Counted from the first letter of the stretch, positions 39,420 through 49,747 are shown. The stretch is DNA of 64,000 nucleotides from Candidatus Omnitrophota bacterium (GCA_016934335.1 JAFGTC010000309.1:10714-74713); one strand, 5' to 3'. Program-made: numbers and translations. The notes: a model not told the origin generated them from the sequence alone.

Positions 39420-40424
39420 TTACGGAACTTCGACATGATCGAAGATGGTTTGAACAACCTGCTCGGGCGTCTTTTCCTCCGCCTCAGCTTCGTAACTGAG
39501 AATAATGCGATGGCGCAGTACGTCCATGCCGATCGATTTCACGTCTTCGGGAGTGACGTAGCCGCGCCCCTTGAGAAACGCGTGCGCCTTGGCGGCGACA
39601 GTCAAATAGATGGTGGCGCGCGGCGAAGCGCCGTATTCGATCAAATCGCCGATATCCAAATTGAATAAGGACGGTTCGCGCGTGGCGAACACCAAATCGA
39701 CGATGTAATCGCGGATCTTCGCATCGACGTAAATCGAGCGCACCACGCTCTGCGCTTTCAAAATGGCTTCCGGATCGAGAATCGCTTCGGGATCGCCGGG
39801 CAGGTCGCCGGTCATGCGATCGAGAATGGTCCTTTCCTCCGCCTTGCTGGGATATGTCACTTTGAGTTTGAGCATAAAGCGGTCGACCTGCGCCTCCGGA
39901 AGAGGGTAGGTGCCTTCCTGCTCGATAGGGTTCTGCGTCGCCAACACCAAAAACGGCGCGGTCAAAGGATACGTCGTATCGCCGATCGTGACCTGCTTTT
40001 CCTGCATCGCTTCCAGCAACGCGCTCTGCACTTTGGCGGGAGCGCGGTTGATTTCATCGGCGAGAATAATGTTGGCGAAGATCGGGCCTTTTTTGGGAAC
40101 AAACTCCCCGGTCTGCTGGTTATAAATCATCGTACCGATTAAGTCGGCGGGGAGCAGATCGGGCGTAAATTGGATGCGCTGAAAGGAGGCCCGGATCGTT
40201 TTCGCCAGCGTTGAAACCGTCAGCGTCTTGGCCAAACCCGGCACGCCTTCCAACAAAACATGGCCGCCGGTCAGTATGCCGATCAACAACCGCTCGACCA
40301 TGTAGCGCTGCCCGACAATGACGCGATCGATCTGCTCCATCAGCGGGCCGATGAAGGCGCTCTCTTCTCGTATTCTCTCCGAGATCTCTCGAATATCTTG
40401 ATTGGAAGTGGTTAACTCGGCCAC
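39420..40424 (-). CDS. moxR: MoxR-family AAA+ ATPase
   Basis: HVLLEGVPGLAKT, RIQFTPDLLP.D, LADEINRAPAKVQSALLEAM.E, ATQNPIEQEGTYPLPEAQ.DRF, GASPRA, VLRHR; GTG start with AGGAGG. Confidence 0.96.
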   Translation of the reverse strand: MAELTTSNQDIREISERIREESAFIGPLMEQIDRVIVGQRYMVERLLIGILTGGHVLLEGVPGLAKTLTVSTLAKTIRASFQRIQFTPDLLPADLIGTMIYNQQTGEFVPKKGPIFANIILADEINRAPAKVQSALLEAMQEKQVTIGDTTYPLTAPFLVLATQNPIEQEGTYPLPEAQVDRFMLKLKVTYPSKAEERTILDRMTGDLPGDPEAILDPEAILKAQSVVRSIYVDAKIRDYIVDLVFATREPSLFNLDIGDLIEYGASPRATIYLTVAAKAHAFLKGRGYVTPEDVKSIGMDVLRHRIILSYEAEAEEKTPEQVVQTIFDHVEVP

Positions 40425-40474
40425 GAATGAAAACCTCCTGCCTATTTCAAAAAAATTTGCTCAATTTTATTTCG

Positions 40475-41368
40475 TTAGGACTCCGGCTCCGCCAAAAATC
40501 GTGCGTCTTCCATCACCCGGTCTAATTCATCCGGCGAGGGAGAGACGGGCGCAAATTGCAACTGTTCGCAATTTTCCAAAAATCGATCCAGTACGATTTG
40601 TCGATCAAAGCCCAATTCGCCGCGAAACGAAGCCAATTCCTTCGAATCAATCGCCGGGAAGCGCTGCGACAAAGACAAGAGCACAGCCTCTTTGATCGCA
40701 TGAATAAACCGCGACCGATCTCCCTCGATGCGGCGGCGGCGCGCCGCTTCGAACGCCTCCTCCAGCGGATTGGATTCTTCAACAGGCGCCTCGGGGATCG
40801 CTTTTTTGTAACGACTGCGCACCCGAAGAGTAACGCCAACAGCCATCAGGATTACAATTCCAAAAACCAACCCTCGAAACCATCCCTGGCGCCACATTTG
40901 CTTCAGCCAGAGTTGGAAAGAAAACGGTGCGGGAGAAGCCGTATACGAGTTGGCCGCCGTTGAGAGAAAACTCTCCTTTTCTTCTCCAGGCGACATATAC
41001 CGAATCGTCGCAGGGCCGATGGACGCTTCGCCCTCCGATTGGGGGCGTAAAACATACCGAAATACTTTTTCCGTATATTGCCGCGAGCCGTCCGCGCCCG
41101 TGCGGATGGTAGTGGAAGGCTTGAGCACTTCAAGATTGATGAAGCGGGGGGATTTTTGAATTTCCGGATTCAAGTCGCTCGCCGCGCCGTACCATCGCAC
41201 TTGGATTTCCCACTCAAACGGCTGATCTTCGACCACCGAATCCGGCGGCGGCCCCTGCGTGCTGAGGGTAATGTCCAGTTCGGCGGCCGGAGTTGGAGCG
41301 GCGGTCGATGCTTCGTCCTGCGCATAGACAAGGCTGACCAGAAAGACTACTAAAAATCCGGCAAGCAT
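40475..41368 (-). CDS. Exported single Ig-like (BatD-type) domain + TM + helical tail protein
   Basis: Signal peptide MLAGFLVVFLVSLVYA; F.Y.L.P...G...IGP..I.Y BatD-like strand pattern; TM; C-terminal FL..C....FAP; start uncertain. Confidence 0.65.
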   Translation of the reverse strand: MLAGFLVVFLVSLVYAQDEASTAAPTPAAELDITLSTQGPPPDSVVEDQPFEWEIQVRWYGAASDLNPEIQKSPRFINLEVLKPSTTIRTGADGSRQYTEKVFRYVLRPQSEGEASIGPATIRYMSPGEEKESFLSTAANSYTASPAPFSFQLWLKQMWRQGWFRGLVFGIVILMAVGVTLRVRSRYKKAIPEAPVEESNPLEEAFEAARRRRIEGDRSRFIHAIKEAVLLSLSQRFPAIDSKELASFRGELGFDRQIVLDRFLENCEQLQFAPVSPSPDELDRVMEDARFLAEPES

Positions 41369-41396
41369 CCAAGACAGCAGCCCCGGCGCGCTCTTG

Positions 41397-41801
41397 TCAG
41401 TATGAGTCCTGCAGCTGCTTGTCGATCTGCTCGAGTTCCCGCCGATAGGGTTGGTAAAAGGATCGAATCGACAACAGGGCCGCCCGAAGTTCAAGCAAGG
41501 CTTGCTGCTTCCGATCGACTTGTTCTGATTTATAACATTCATCGATAACATGGAGCGCTCCCCGAATCGCCCGGCCGCAGTATGGATTGCCCGGGTAGTA
41601 GTTGCGAATCGACCATGCATACGACTCGACGGCTTCCTCCATCCGGCCAGCCTGATCGGCTGTCTGCGCTCGTTGGAAATGACCGGCCGAGAGCATCGTC
41701 AGCCGACCCGCGAGACAAATAACGCCGAGGAGCGCAATCACGGCGCTCCTCCAAACCAAGCTTTTCCAGACCGGAAAGAAACGATGCCTCCTGAAATCCA
41801 T
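41397..41801 (-). CDS. Hypothetical protein with N-terminal TM and TPR-like helices
   Basis: TM AVIALLGVICLAG; YYPGNPY and LRAALLSIRSFYQPY motifs; fills the gap in the operon. Confidence 0.65.
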   Translation of the reverse strand: MDFRRHRFFPVWKSLVWRSAVIALLGVICLAGRLTMLSAGHFQRAQTADQAGRMEEAVESYAWSIRNYYPGNPYCGRAIRGALHVIDECYKSEQVDRKQQALLELRAALLSIRSFYQPYRRELEQIDKQLQDSY

Positions 41802-41809
41802 GGAAGACG

Positions 41810-42157
41810 CTATACCGCCTCCTTGCCTCCGCCCGTACTCGCCGCGCATTTTTTATTTCCGGAGTTTCCCGAATCCGGTTTGCTTGTCGACTCAGCATGA
41901 GGCTTCGATTCAGAAGCGGCGCCGTTCGTTTTTCCATGATGCGCACATCCGCACGACGGCGACGACGAATTTCGCTTGTAATCAGTTTCGTAAAATCCGG
42001 AGCCTTTGAAGATAATTCCCGCCCCGCATCCGATCAAACGGCGTACGCAATTCTGGTTTTTGCATTGGGGGCAGTCGGTAAGAACGGGTTCGGTCATGGA
42101 TTGAAAATACTCAAATTCATAGCCGCAGTTGTCACAAACATAATCATAAGTTGGCAT
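41810..42157 (-). CDS. FmdB-family zinc-ribbon protein
   Basis: MPTYDY.C..CG..FE..Q.M.....CP.C, FKGSGFY.TDY; RBS AGGAGG. Confidence 0.92.
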   Translation of the reverse strand: MPTYDYVCDNCGYEFEYFQSMTEPVLTDCPQCKNQNCVRRLIGCGAGIIFKGSGFYETDYKRNSSSPSCGCAHHGKTNGAASESKPHAESTSKPDSGNSGNKKCAASTGGGKEAV

Positions 42158-42246
42158 TCAACCAAACCTCCTGAGACGCATTACCTCTATTTAATCTTAG
42201 GAACCGGAGGCGAGAATGAAAAGCCCCCGGTCTTTTTTATAAAAGA

Positions 42247-44181
42247 TCAATCTTTATCCACAGTATATTCGGCGTCGACGACATTATCGTCTTGATCGGA
42301 GGGTTTCTTCGCCTGCGACGACTCGCCGGCGGCCTCTCCCGAAGCGGCGCCTTCGGGCTGAGCGCCGGATGCCTGTTGTTGTTTGGCGATTTCTTCATAA
42401 ATCGCCTGGCCTAATTTCTGGCTGACTTTTTCAAGCGCTTCCTTCTTGGCTTTGATCTCTTCGATATCATCGCCCTCGAGCGCTTTTTTCAAATCCTGAA
42501 CGCCGTTTTCGACGGCGGCGCGGTCTTCCGCAGAAATTTTTTCTCCATATTCCGACAGCGATTTTTCCGTAGCGTATACCAGTTGATCCGCATCGTTGCG
42601 AGCTACGGCTTCCTCTTTTTTGCGTTTGTCTTCCTCCGCATGGGCTTCAGCGTCCTTCACCATGCGGTCGATATCCTGCTCCGACAAACCGCTGGACGAT
42701 TCAATGCGGATTTTCTGTTCTTTGCCGGTGCCAAGATCTTTGGCGGAGACATGAAGAATGCCGTTGGCGTCGATGTCGAATTTCACTTCGACCTGAGGAA
42801 TGCCGCGCGGAGCCGGGGGAATGCCCACCAGGTCGAACCGGCCGATCGTCCGGTTTTCCGACGCGATCTCCCGCTCGCCCTGCAGAACATGAATCGAGAC
42901 GGCCGGCTGATTGTCGGCGGCCGTCGAGAAAATTTGGCTTTTCTGCGTCGGGATGGTCGTATTGCGATCAATCAGACGCGTGAATACGTTCCCTAAGGTT
43001 TCGATTCCCAAAGAGAGCGGGGTGACGTCCAGCAAGAGAACGTCCTTCACTTCTTTGCTGAGAACGCCGCCTTGAATCGCCGCGCCGATGGCCACCACTT
43101 CGTCCGGATTGACGCCTTTATGCGGATCTTTTTGGAACAGATCCTTAACAATCTTCTGTACATAAGGAATGCGGGTCGAGCCTCCGACCAGAACAACTTC
43201 ATCGATGTCCGACGCCGTCATGCCCGCGTCGATCATCGCTTTTTTGCACGGTTCGATGGTGCGATCGATGATCGGTCTTGCGATCTGCTCGAATTTGGAG
43301 CGCGTCAGCTTCATCTGCAGATGCTTCGGACCGGAGGCGTCGGCGGTGATGAAGGGGATGTCGATCGCCGTCTCCATCGTACTCGACAATTCGCATTTGG
43401 CTTTTTCGCTGGCGTCCTTGAGACGCTGCAAAGCCATGGGATCCTGGCGAATATCGATTCCATTCTCCCGCTTGAACTCTTCGGCGATGTAATCGATGAT
43501 AGCCTGATCGATGTCGTCCCCGCCTAAATGGGTGTCGCCGTTGGTCGATTTGACTTCAAAAACGCCTTCGCCCAGTTCGAGAATAGAGATGTCGAACGTC
43601 CCTCCCCCGAAGTCAAAGACTGCGATCTTTTCGTCTTTCTTTTTATCCAATCCGTAGGCCAAAGCCGCCGCCGTCGGTTCGTTGATGATGCGCAGCACTT
43701 CCAACCCGGCGATTTTTCCCGCGTCTTTGGTCGATTGGCGCTGGCTGTCGTTAAAATACGCGGGGACCGTAATGACCGCCTTAGTCACTTCCTGCCCCAG
43801 ATAATCCTCAGCGGTCTGCTTCATTTTTTGCAGGACGCGCGCCGAAATTTCTTCGGGCTTGTAGATTTTTCCATCTATTTCAAACGCGGCGTGTCCATTG
43901 GACTTAACCACTTTGAAGGGCACACGCTTTGTGTCTAGAACAGTTTCGTCCGTGCTTAATCCGATGAATCGTTTGGAGGAAAATACAGTGCGATGCGGAT
44001 TGGTGATAGCCTGCCGCTTGGCCACTTGGCCCACAAGGCGCTCTCCGCTGTCAGTAAAAGCCACAACTGACGGCGTAGTGCGCGCTCCTTCCGAATTCGA
44101 TATAACAACAGGCTCGCCGCCTTCAATTACGGCCACGACGGAATTGGTTGTACCGAGATCGATTCCTATAACCTTTCCCAT
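42247..44181 (-). CDS. dnaK: Molecular chaperone DnaK (Hsp70)
   Basis: [69 protein letters not shown]. Confidence 0.98.
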   Translation of the reverse strand: MGKVIGIDLGTTNSVVAVIEGGEPVVISNSEGARTTPSVVAFTDSGERLVGQVAKRQAITNPHRTVFSSKRFIGLSTDETVLDTKRVPFKVVKSNGHAAFEIDGKIYKPEEISARVLQKMKQTAEDYLGQEVTKAVITVPAYFNDSQRQSTKDAGKIAGLEVLRIINEPTAAALAYGLDKKKDEKIAVFDFGGGTFDISILELGEGVFEVKSTNGDTHLGGDDIDQAIIDYIAEEFKRENGIDIRQDPMALQRLKDASEKAKCELSSTMETAIDIPFITADASGPKHLQMKLTRSKFEQIARPIIDRTIEPCKKAMIDAGMTASDIDEVVLVGGSTRIPYVQKIVKDLFQKDPHKGVNPDEVVAIGAAIQGGVLSKEVKDVLLLDVTPLSLGIETLGNVFTRLIDRNTTIPTQKSQIFSTAADNQPAVSIHVLQGEREIASENRTIGRFDLVGIPPAPRGIPQVEVKFDIDANGILHVSAKDLGTGKEQKIRIESSSGLSEQDIDRMVKDAEAHAEEDKRKKEEAVARNDADQLVYATEKSLSEYGEKISAEDRAAVENGVQDLKKALEGDDIEEIKAKKEALEKVSQKLGQAIYEEIAKQQQASGAQPEGAASGEAAGESSQAKKPSDQDDNVVDAEYTVDKD

Positions 44182-44243
44182 GATATTAGACTCCTATTAG
44201 TCAATACTCATCCGCTTGATGAGGTTGGATTTTTTTTCTTCCT

Positions 44244-44969
44244 TCAGGACGCTTCCCCATTCGAGACTGCGTCGTTTTCTTCTTCTTCCGATTGAGGCTT
44301 GCTGGGCTTCGCCGCCACCAGAACTTTGGGCGCCCGCAAAACCCGGTCTTTGATCATGTAGCCAGGCATAAATTCCTCCGTAATGATCCCGGGTTCGCAA
44401 TCATCGGTCTCCACTTGCTGGACTGCTTCATGAAAGTGAGGATCGAATTTCTGTCCTACAGCGTCGATGCGCTCGAATCCTTTTTCTTTCAGAATCGACA
44501 ACATCTGCTGAAATACTATCTCGACGCCCTGCCGGTAAGACTCGACGTCATCCGTGTTGTTGTCGGGATGCAGGGATCTCTCCATGTTGTCGATCACGAT
44601 GAGCAGACTGCCGATGAAATCCTGAATGAGATAATCGCGCATCTCCGATTTCTCTTTGAACACCCGTTTGCGGTAATTTTCGAATTCCGCCTGCAGCCGC
44701 TGCAGGTGGTTTAAATAATCGTCCCTTTCGGAGCAAATTTTCTGATATTCGGCCGCGCTCACCGTCGCCTGCTCCTCAACTTCGTCGGCCGCCTCGACCT
44801 CCGGCGGCGTCTGAGGCGACTGCACCGCCTCCTCGCCGTTCGCTTCTTCCCCAACGCCTTCCGATTGATCGGTCTTCACGGGATCTTCGTCCATGCCGGC
44901 GCCCTCTTGAAGCGTTCGGTCTTCCTGCAAAGCATCTTGATTCGGCGCTGTTTTTGTTTTTTTCTGCAT
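44244..44969 (-). CDS. grpE: Nucleotide exchange factor GrpE
   Basis: RLQAEFENYRKR, DN.ER, FDP.FHEA, GY...RVLR...V.VA. Confidence 0.95.
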   Translation of the reverse strand: MQKKTKTAPNQDALQEDRTLQEGAGMDEDPVKTDQSEGVGEEANGEEAVQSPQTPPEVEAADEVEEQATVSAAEYQKICSERDDYLNHLQRLQAEFENYRKRVFKEKSEMRDYLIQDFIGSLLIVIDNMERSLHPDNNTDDVESYRQGVEIVFQQMLSILKEKGFERIDAVGQKFDPHFHEAVQQVETDDCEPGIITEEFMPGYMIKDRVLRAPKVLVAAKPSKPQSEEEENDAVSNGEAS

Positions 44970-45009
44970 GACTATGTTTTAACCTTCGCTTTTCACCTTT
45001 TTGCTTATC

Positions 45010-45018
45010 ATTCTAGCA
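45010..45018 (-). promoter_or_regulatory. Possible extended -10 promoter for grpE-dnaK
   Basis: Minus strand TGcTAGAAT about 40 nt upstream of the grpE ATG; no good -35. Confidence 0.35.
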
Positions 45019-45067
45019 ATTTATTGATCATAAATCCGGCTTCATCATCTCGCGGCTTCGCCGATCC

Positions 45068-46486
45068 TCAGTTCGAAATCTGCGCGCGATGCGGCTGCCA
45101 CCGCTTATCCACCAGTCGATAAAACTGAAGCAGCACATCATTTCCCCGCCGCATGGATTTTTTCGCTTCATGCAAATCCTCCAGCGAATATAAATCATAT
45201 TCGTTATCCAGATTCACGAGCACATCGCCGCGTCTGATTCCAATTCGACCGGCTTCGCCGTCCGGTTCGACTTCCAAAACGACAAGGCCCGAAAACTTTT
45301 CATTGATGCCGAACCATTCCCGCCACGGGTTGTCGAGCGACTGCAGCCTCATACCCATCCAAACATCCATTTTGACGGTTCGGCTGGGAGTGGATAAACG
45401 AACCGGAAACACATTTCCCTCCCGTATGACTTTCAATTTCAACTCGCCGCCTTGATGTTCTTCCAATCGGTTGAGAAAATCGGCGCTGTTTTCAATGGGC
45501 CGATCGTTCACTTCCAGAATAATATCAAGCGGATTGAGGTAATCGGCGGACAATCCGCCGAGCGAAACCTTCCGCACTAAAACTCCGTTCAACTCGATGT
45601 CGCGCAGAGATTCGTAACGATTTTTGAAAAAATGAACGATCTGGGGATCGATCTCTTGAATCTGCAGCCCCATCTGATCCTCGAGAGAAATAACGTGATT
45701 GATCCAATAATCGAAAATCTTGCGAACGCGGGAAACGGGGATGGCGAAGCCCAATCCAACCGATCCGCCCGACGGCGATAAAATCATGGTATTCAATCCA
45801 ATAAATTCGCCGTTGATGTTGATTAACGGTCCGCCGCTGTTTCCCTGATTGATGTCGGCGTTGGTCTGGATGAGGTTTGTGTAATGCCTCCCGTTCGAGA
45901 CGTTCATAGTGCGATTCAAGGCGCTGATTATCCCCGTTGTAACGGTGAAAGGCTGGCCCAGCGCGCTGCCGGCCGCGATCACTGTCTCGCCGATCATCAA
46001 ATCGTCCGATCGACCCCAGGCCAGATAATAGTTTGGCGGTTCATTCTTAAATTTCAGAATCGCCACATCCGCCAAGGGATTGGCCCCGATCAAAATTGCC
46101 TCGCGCGGTTCTTTTTCGTCGTACAGATTGACGTAGATTTTATCAGCGGGCCCAAGCTGGTATTCTTCATACGAAATGACATGATTGTTGGTGACTACGT
46201 ATCCGCCTTCAATCAAAACGCCGGATCCCAGCCCTTCCAAACGATATTTCTGCTGAAACATTTCCCCGAACAAATCGTCGAAAGGCGTGGAGAAGGATCG
46301 AGGAAATAGAGACCGATCAACCGAAACGACCTTCGTCGTGCTTATATTGACAACCGCCGGCAGAATCTTCTCTACTGCCTCTACAACTGGTGTACGTCGA
46401 TCGTATGCAGATGCGTCTGTGACATGAGACGCCAGCGCTGCGGCGACTCCCAACAAAAGCCGTAAAACTGATTGTCTCCTTCGCAT
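45068..46486 (-). CDS. htrA: HtrA/DegP-family serine protease with two PDZ domains
   Basis: Signal peptide; PAVVNI, GLGSGV, VTNNHV (His), D.A (Asp), IQT.A.INQGNSGGPL (Ser); two PDZ-like repeats. Confidence 0.92.
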   Translation of the reverse strand: MRRRQSVLRLLLGVAAALASHVTDASAYDRRTPVVEAVEKILPAVVNISTTKVVSVDRSLFPRSFSTPFDDLFGEMFQQKYRLEGLGSGVLIEGGYVVTNNHVISYEEYQLGPADKIYVNLYDEKEPREAILIGANPLADVAILKFKNEPPNYYLAWGRSDDLMIGETVIAAGSALGQPFTVTTGIISALNRTMNVSNGRHYTNLIQTNADINQGNSGGPLININGEFIGLNTMILSPSGGSVGLGFAIPVSRVRKIFDYWINHVISLEDQMGLQIQEIDPQIVHFFKNRYESLRDIELNGVLVRKVSLGGLSADYLNPLDIILEVNDRPIENSADFLNRLEEHQGGELKLKVIREGNVFPVRLSTPSRTVKMDVWMGMRLQSLDNPWREWFGINEKFSGLVVLEVEPDGEAGRIGIRRGDVLVNLDNEYDLYSLEDLHEAKKSMRRGNDVLLQFYRLVDKRWQPHRAQISN

Positions 46487-46917
46487 AATCATGTCCTTCG
46501 ATAAATAGACATTGTATAAAAGCCGCAAGCAAGCAGCATACCATCTAATCAAACATCTCTTAAACTACTGATATATATTAAGTAAGCGTCCCAGAATCAT
46601 CGTAACATCCTAATGATAAAGTTATTTTTATGAGCCAGATTGGCGCGTATTTGAGTCGATCGGCTGTGCCAAAAAGTCTTGGAGAGATCATAGATAAGAT
46701 TTTGGAGAACACGATAATTTAGCAATTTTCGATCCAATCCCCCCCCACATCCAACTTTATTATTGATATATATCTAAACTTTTCCTATTTCCCGATTCTC
46801 TCCACCCCCCCCGAACTCTTTTGCGGCGCGAGAACCGCCAAGCGTCAGTCGCCCGGCGCCAGCCTTGCCAATCATTGAAAAATGTTTAAGAATGTAAGAG
46901 TTATGGGAGGGATTTGG

Positions 46918-48198
46918 ATGAAACTCGATCGTGAGAAACTCTACCCCTGGTTGGCGATTCTTCGAGCGAAATTCATGGGCAGCGGACGAGCCATGCTGCT
47001 CCAGGAGCATTTCGGCTCGATCCAAAACGTCCTGCACGCCCCGGTCGACGCCATCGCCGCCGTCTCCGGCTTCAGCCGCGAAATCGGGCAAGCCATTCAT
47101 GCCGCCGCGCAAGGCCAATTCGACCGCGACATCGACAAAGAACTTTCCTGGGCGGAAAAAGAAGGCGTCTCCATTCTCCTCTATTCGGATCAAGGATACC
47201 CACCGACCTTGCGCCATATTCCCGCTCCGCCGGCTTTGTTGTACGTCAAAGGCGCCCTGCGTCCGGAAGACATTTTGGCCGTGGGGATCGTCGGTTCGCG
47301 CAGCGCCTCGGATGGAGGACGGCGTCTGGCCAACAAAATCGCCTGCGAATTGGCGGAAGCGGGTCTGACCATCGTCAGCGGTTTAGCCTGGGGCGTCGAC
47401 GCCTCCGCCCACAAAGGCGCTCTGCGCTGTAAACAGGGCCGCACCCTCGCCGTCATGGGCAACGGGCTGAAATTCATCTATCCCCGCGAACACAGCCTGA
47501 TCGCCGAACAGATCGTTCAGCGCGGGGCGTTGGTTACGGAACTGTTCTACGATGTATCCCCTCAAGGCCGAAATTTTCCGCCTCGAAACCGAATCATCAG
47601 CGGTCTTTCGCTGGGCGTTTTGATCGCCGAAGCCCCGGAGCGAAGCGGCGCTTTAATCACCGCCGATTATGCGCTGGAGCAAGGCAAAGAGATCTTCGCC
47701 CTGCCCGGCAACATCGAAAGAGGCGTCTCGCCGGGCACCAATCGCTTAATCCAGGAATCCCGCGCGACGCTGGTCACATCGGCTGAGGACATCCTGCGCG
47801 AATTGAGCGACAAGATCACCTTCTACAGAAATGAGTTGGAAGGAAAAATCCCCAAGGTCGATCTGGAAGTCCCGCCTCCCATATTACATCGCAAGCGAAA
47901 AGGATCCTCCAAACCGGCCGACGCCTCGCCGACCGCCGCCCAACCCCATCCCGCGGACGCTCCCGTTGCATCGCCGCCCGCCGAATCGCCCCCCAAGAAA
48001 AAACCGCCAAGCATCCCCATGAGCGATGAGGAAAAAAGCGTGCACGATATGCTTACTGAAGAAGCGCAGCATATCGACGCCATCTGCCGTAAAATGCAGT
48101 GGCCGGTGTCGCGCGTTTCCTCCGCACTGGGCCTGTTGGAATTAAAGGGAGTCGTCGAACGAGAATCGGGCATGCGCTTCCGCCTCGCGGATCGCTGA
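46918..48198 (+). CDS. dprA: DNA-processing protein DprA/Smf
   Basis: YP..L..I..PP.LLY.KG, IVGSR, IVSGLA.GVD..AH, FP.RNRIISGLS, EA..RSG.LITA..A.EQG; Pro-rich linker and winged helix; RBS GGAGG. Confidence 0.95.
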   Translation: MKLDREKLYPWLAILRAKFMGSGRAMLLQEHFGSIQNVLHAPVDAIAAVSGFSREIGQAIHAAAQGQFDRDIDKELSWAEKEGVSILLYSDQGYPPTLRHIPAPPALLYVKGALRPEDILAVGIVGSRSASDGGRRLANKIACELAEAGLTIVSGLAWGVDASAHKGALRCKQGRTLAVMGNGLKFIYPREHSLIAEQIVQRGALVTELFYDVSPQGRNFPPRNRIISGLSLGVLIAEAPERSGALITADYALEQGKEIFALPGNIERGVSPGTNRLIQESRATLVTSAEDILRELSDKITFYRNELEGKIPKVDLEVPPPILHRKRKGSSKPADASPTAAQPHPADAPVASPPAESPPKKKPPSIPMSDEEKSVHDMLTEEAQHIDAICRKMQWPVSRVSSALGLLELKGVVERESGMRFRLADR

Positions 48199-48330
48199 AG
48201 CGCGCAAGTTCGTCTCCAATAGAAACCGCTTCCCAGATTCAAGGATCGGCTTCCGCACATCCATTCAATGTTGCGTCATATTATGTTATGAAAAGACAGC
48301 GACAGAATACGACTGCCAGAGAGGCGCCCC

Positions 48331-48999
48331 ATGAAAAGTTTTCATCCAACTCGCGCATTCACTCTCATTGAACTGCTCATTGTCGTAGCGATTATTGGGA
48401 TATTGGCCGCCATCGCCGTTCCTAATTTTTTGAACGCTCAAGTCAGAGCTAAACTTGCGCGTGGCATGGCGGATATGAAAAACCTGGGAGTGGCCATCGA
48501 ATCGCTTCGGCTGGATAAGGGATACCTATTGGTCGACTTCTGGGACGACGACACTGCTTTGGGCATCGAACGCATCGAAAAATTCGGCGTTCTTCCCTTC
48601 AACAACAGCATGGAGCGAACCATGATTCAGGTCTTGGCGCCCTTGACGACTCCCACCGCCTATATGAGTTCGATCCCCAGCGACCCCTTCAACAAAAATG
48701 CGAGAAATACGAAAAGTTCCGACTTTGGAACGACTTCCGTCAATTCGTATATCTATGGCGATAAAGAGCCCTCCTACCCGGGAGAAAATCACAACATCAA
48801 ACTAGTGCTTCCCGCTAATGCCGAATTGTGGGGGCTGCAGCCCTTGCGCATGAACGATTGGGCGCTGCTCGGCATCGGCCCCGACGCCGATTGGCAGAGC
48901 GCCGGGTATTCCAACGGCATTCCCTATCGCGTGACGAACGGCGTCGTGAGCGCGGGCGACATCGTCTATCGCTCCGGCGAAGGATCCACCGCCGGCTAA
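48331..48999 (+). CDS. Prepilin-type N-terminal cleavage/methylation domain protein
   Basis: TRA|FTLIELLIVVAIIGILAAIAVPNF; LTTP.AY.SSIP.DPF; GPD; Y..TNG..S.GDI. Confidence 0.9.
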   Translation: MKSFHPTRAFTLIELLIVVAIIGILAAIAVPNFLNAQVRAKLARGMADMKNLGVAIESLRLDKGYLLVDFWDDDTALGIERIEKFGVLPFNNSMERTMIQVLAPLTTPTAYMSSIPSDPFNKNARNTKSSDFGTTSVNSYIYGDKEPSYPGENHNIKLVLPANAELWGLQPLRMNDWALLGIGPDADWQSAGYSNGIPYRVTNGVVSAGDIVYRSGEGSTAG

Positions 49000-49165
49000 G
49001 CGCTCTCCGCGCGCCGCCTGAACAGTAGGAAAAAGGGGATGACATCACAATTCATCCCTAAACCCAAAATCGTCTACAATAATTATGACGGCAGTGAGAC
49101 GGCTTCCTGGAGCAAAATTGGTTTCTAGTGTCATGAGATGCAGAGCATAATGAAGAGAGGTTAAA

Positions 49166-49747
49166 ATGAAGAATCATTCCAGAAAAACTCGCGCATTTAC
49201 TCTGATCGAACTGCTCATTGTCGTGGCGATCATCGGCATCCTCGCCGCCATCGCCGTTCCCAACTTCCTGAACGCCCAGACGCGCGCCAAGGTGGCGCGT
49301 ACGTGGGCCGACCTGAAAATCCTGATCAACGCCTTCGAACAATACCGTCTCGACAACAACGCCTATGTTCCCGATTATGACGGCATCGGCCTGGGCGGCC
49401 CCTCTGAAATCAACACTTATCGCGCTTTGACGACGCCCGTGTCCTATCTCTCCAGCATCCCGCTGGACGTCTGGATTTCCCGCCGCCAGGAGGCCGCCGG
49501 CATTTTGCGTGGAAAAAACGAGCGCTTTTTTGAATATTGGGGCGCGGGCTACGGCGTCACGACGCGAGCCGACATGATTCAATACGGCATCGGCTACGCC
49601 ATGCGCTCCGTCGGACCGGATAAAGAAGAAACATGGATGGGCGACTATCACGCCCTGGGCCAAAAAACCGGCCAATACACTTACGATCCCTCCAACGGAT
49701 TGACTTCCATCGGCGACATCATCGCCACCAATCGAGGCTTGGAATAA
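49166..49747 (+). CDS. Prepilin-type N-terminal cleavage/methylation domain protein, paralogue of 48331-48999
   Basis: Identical class III signal and TM; LTTPVSYLSSIP.D; S.GPD; YDPSNGLTS.GDI. Confidence 0.9.
   Translation: MKNHSRKTRAFTLIELLIVVAIIGILAAIAVPNFLNAQTRAKVARTWADLKILINAFEQYRLDNNAYVPDYDGIGLGGPSEINTYRALTTPVSYLSSIPLDVWISRRQEAAGILRGKNERFFEYWGAGYGVTTRADMIQYGIGYAMRSVGPDKEETWMGDYHALGQKTGQYTYDPSNGLTSIGDIIATNRGLE

Noticed and set aside
48331-49747. Pilin pair as silent-cassette antigenic variation or a DGR target
   Set aside because: Both genes have their own RBS and start, the shared region is synonymously diverged, and no recombinase, reverse transcriptase or template repeat is present
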